Positions 63,996 to 64,000 of a stretch of 64,000 nt of DNA are shown piece after piece. Source of the DNA: Malacoraja senta (taxonomy: Eukaryota); the NCBI GenBank assembly GCA_038087875.1, contig CM075993.1, forward strand, positions 7,070,001-7,134,000, read 5' to 3'. A model generated the notes under the pieces. It did not search any database. It was given only the letters and a program-made list of their open reading frames with translations, and was not told where the DNA came from. A program made the translations under genes and the position numbers. Positions within the stretch are counted from its first letter, which is position 1. Each line of letters starts with the position of its first letter.

Positions 63996-64000
63996 GACCT

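Overview
Repeat-dense vertebrate genomic window, most likely from a cartilaginous fish (inferred from HE1-type V-SINEs with CR1/HER1-type tails). The only host gene is on the + strand: five consecutive coding exons of ZNF592 (36853-39246, 48866-49044, 50907-51083, 57084-57246, 62355-62621). All have canonical AG/GT sites and compatible phases, and the gene continues past the window end. The rest is mostly transposon debris: CR1, L2, Rex1/Babar, Penelope and Vingi retroelements, HE1 SINEs, three Tc1 elements, Harbinger-type MITEs and a 5.5 kb nested hAT-type element. Highlights: (1) two short, TSD-flanked non-autonomous retroelements with different sequences (3675-3850, 35534-35673), each starting with a complete ~53 nt HDV/CPEB3-like ribozyme fold whose stems co-vary, plus a young Vingi LINE fragment as a candidate mobilising clade; (2) minimal hammerhead cores in the Penelope terminal repeats; (3) a hAT insertion whose empty target site survives as a near-identical copy 5 kb away, one of several short local templated duplications. 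All calls were made by eye, and boundaries of decayed repeats are approximate.
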